From contig CM126222.1 of NCBI GenBank assembly GCA_052327205.1, forward strand, positions 70,184,001-70,248,000: 64,000 nt of DNA, read 5' to 3'. The first letter of the stretch is position 1. Every line of letters starts with the position of its first letter. Source of the DNA: Somniosus microcephalus. Its lineage: Eukaryota. The notes under the pieces are model-generated. The model worked only from the letters and a program-made list of their open reading frames with translations. It was not told the DNA's origin and made no database searches. Below are positions 61,380 to 64,000 of the stretch, in pieces. Made by a program: the position numbers and the translations under genes.

Positions 61380-62020
61380 AAACTGCATTTATATAGCACC
61401 TTTAACATGGGAAATCATCCCAACACACTTCACATTGACGTAATCAAAAAGTAGATGCCGAATCAAAGGAGATAGTGACCAAAAGCTTGGACAAAGAAGT
61501 GGGTTTTAAGGAAGGTCTTAATAGAATTTGGGGTGGGGAGGGTTGAAGNNNNNNNNNNNNNNNNNNNNNNNNNNNNNNNNNNNNNNNNNNNNNNNNNNNN
61601 NNNNNNNNNNNNNNNNNNNNNNNNNNNNNNNNNNNNNNNNNNNNNNNNNNNNNNNNNNNNNNNNNNNNNNNNNNNNNNNNNNNNCCATGTAACAGCTTAA
61701 ACACAAGAATGAGAATTTTTAATTTGCAGTGTTGGGAGAGCAGGAGCCAATGTAGGTCAGCGAGGACAGGGGTGATGGGTGAGCAGGACATGGTGCAGGA
61801 TAAGATATGGTCAAGGGTGTTTTGGGTGAGCTCTGGTTACAAAGGGTGGATGATGGGACGCTGGCCAGGAGAGCAGTGGAATAGTCGAGTCTGGAGGTGA
61901 CAAAGCCATGGACGAGGTTTCAATGACAGATGGGCTGAGTTAGGGGTGGAAGTATGGTCTTTATGATGGGAGAGATGTGGGATCGAAAGCTCAGCTCAAG
62001 GTCGAATAGGACATTAAATT
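61380..62020 (-). mobile_element. L2 LINE 3' fragment spanning an assembly gap
   Basis: Peptide SPITPVLADLHWL...KILILVFKLLH; tail gcatttatatagcacctttaac. Confidence 0.85.
61549..61684. other. Assembly gap (136 N)
   Basis: Run of n. Confidence 1.
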
Positions 62021-63029
62021 GCAAACATAGTTTACAACAGGGTGTTCTTGAGCAGTTGGGTTAAGGCACCTTCCTTGGAAAGGATAGGGTGATCTTTACT
62101 CTTATTTGGCTGTGTAAAGTGTAGGTAAGCATGCTTGGTGTCCAGACTGTGGAGTCAAGGAAGCATTCTATATTTAGTCCATATACAATGAGCAAAGGCC
62201 AACATAAATGTAAATGGTGCATGCGCGGATTTCTTTCTGAAGAAAGCAACCATAAAAGTCTAAAATTTACAATGACACAGACTGTACAATACCAATTTAA
62301 CAGTTTTAGGTCATCAAAATGTGGAAATATGTAAAACATTTCCACACTCTGAACAGCAGACAACTGTTATAATACGCATTCCTTAAACTCTTACCAATAA
62401 GGGTCAACATATAACTAAGTTTTGTTATGTCTAAACCGCTTGGAGATCAGAACCAGCACCCACCTGATTATGATCTTTAAAGGAGTATTTTGAAATGAAA
62501 AATACCAATTTCATATCATGATCTTCTTTATCCAGGATACAAATACACAGGATGCATCACGGCTAGCAGAAAGGATAAATATCTCCACAACTAAGGTTGA
62601 CTAATTAATGAACAGGGGTGCGTAATAGCAGGTTACGATCAGCCTCACAACTGAACAGCTTCATCTTAACCTGAACCCTCTTATACATAACTACATTTCT
62701 GAAACCACAGAGATCACGATCATTAAAAAATAAGTTTTCAGAGTCTAATGAAGCTGCTCGTCTTGTGCCATTGGCTCCCGATACACAAGTCTCAATCAGC
62801 TGGTGTCAAACAGAAGCTAAACTCTACAGATTAGTTAAGACTGGTGGCTAGGAAGGCCCATTATTTTCTTTTAAACAGGGTCTTCTCTGCTGCCACCAAT
62901 CTATCTGCCCCAGTAAATGCAGTGTTCAGACTACAAGGTGATCCCTAGCAGCAATGCCATGATGCAAGCGCATGCCGACGTCACTGCGCGCTGTTTTTTG
63001 TCCCATCCGCCTCCCTAGACTTAAATTTT

Positions 63030-63520
63030 TTTTAAATTCATTCATGGGATGTGGGCATCGCTGGCAAGTTGCCCTTGAGAAGGTGGTGGTGAGCCGCCTT
63101 CTTGAACCGCTGCAGTCCGTGTGGTGAAGGTACTCCCTCAGTGTTGTTAGGTAGGAAGTTCCAGGATTTTGACCCAGCAACAATGAAGGACCGGCAATAT
63201 ACTTCCAAGTCAGGATGGTGTGTGACTTGGAGGGGAACTTGGAGGTGTTCCCATGCGCCTGCTGCCCTTGTCCTTCTAGTTGGTAGAGATCGCGGGTTTG
63301 GGAGGTGCTACCAAAGAAGCCTTGGCGAGTTGCTGCAGTGCATCTTGTAGATGGTACACACTGCAGCCACGGTACGCCAGTGGTGGAGGGAGTGAATGTT
63401 TAAGGTGGTGCCAATCAAGTGGGCTGCTTTGTCCTGGATGGTGTCGAGCTTCTTGAGTGTTGTTGGAGCTGCACTCATCCAGGCAAGTATGCCATCACAC
63501 TCCTGACTTGTGCCTTGTAA
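63030..63520 (-). mobile_element. Non-LTR retrotransposon 3' end, same family as 11120-11512
   Basis: gcccttgagaaggtggtggtgagccgccttcttgaaccgctgcagtcc...ttccaagtcaggatggtgtgtgacttggagggg. Confidence 0.8.
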
Positions 63521-63807
63521 ATGACATGTACTAGCACCTTGTCCACCTAAGTTTGTTTAAATCGTAGGCCAGGACATGGCAAAGCTCCCCCATGTTTATG
63601 TCCTCACTTTAGGAGGAGGTGGTCTTAGTATAGATTGGCTGCAAAATTAAACTTGGCATTTGTGCACGTGCATGACTCAGATTGGTTTCAGTGTGTGGGC
63701 ATAAATACAGAAGAGCAGCACACTTAGGCCACTAACATTACCCAATCTTCAAGGCAAGACGGGCTCACGTTCATCAGTATATCAAACAAAACAAAAAGTA
63801 TCAGCTT

Positions 63808-64000
63808 CCCTGATGGCTCAACTGTTTAATACAGTACGTCACTGTCTCTGCTGAGTTATCGGATCTCAGCTGAGACTGTAGGAGGGACACTACAATTGAC
63901 CCCAGCACACCCAGCTTGCCGGGTGGGAGTGGAATTCAGTTAGGGATCCCACTTTTGATTACTATCAAAACATTGCTAGAAATGCACATTCATGATGATT
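63808..64000 (+). mobile_element. Old tRNA-derived SINE (AmnSINE2/Nin-like), runs off the window
   Basis: ccctgatggctca head as at 32780; ctgagttatcggatctcagc...ctacaattgacc. Confidence 0.5.

Overview
Eukaryotic, repeat-rich vertebrate DNA, almost certainly from a shark or other elasmobranch (HE1-type V-SINEs, HER1/CR1-type LINEs, Deu-domain SINEs). The whole window lies inside one minus-strand host gene, the HECT E3 ligase SMURF2. Seven coding exons (equivalent to human exons 2-8) were located by hand with GT-AG boundaries and consistent phases: 44499-44537, 39180-39288, 17387-17520, 15574-15639, 14705-14789, 9286-9369, 2867-3069. They encode the C2 domain, WW1 and the linker to WW2. Exon 1 lies beyond 64000 and the downstream exons lie below position 1. 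The introns hold a nearly complete CR1 LINE (29.3-32.5 kb), many CR1 and L2 fragments, SINEs, Penelope-like remnants, a solo LTR, and hAT, Tc1/mariner-type and Harbinger-type non-autonomous DNA transposons with readable TIRs and TSDs. Most other ORFs in the track are transposon fragments or noise. The best leads are: (i) a ~60-bp inverted repeat bracketing the 39-nt in-frame exon 2; (ii) a small Penelope-like element carrying a minimal hammerhead-ribozyme fold with a U3-A8 compensatory core; (iii) Leu in place of the mammalian Thr249-Pro phosphosite; (iv) a UUUAAAC slippery site joining CR1 ORF1 to an ORF2 frame that has no upstream AUG. Family names and comparisons to human SMURF2 are from memory, not database searches. 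Repeat boundaries without TSDs are approximate.
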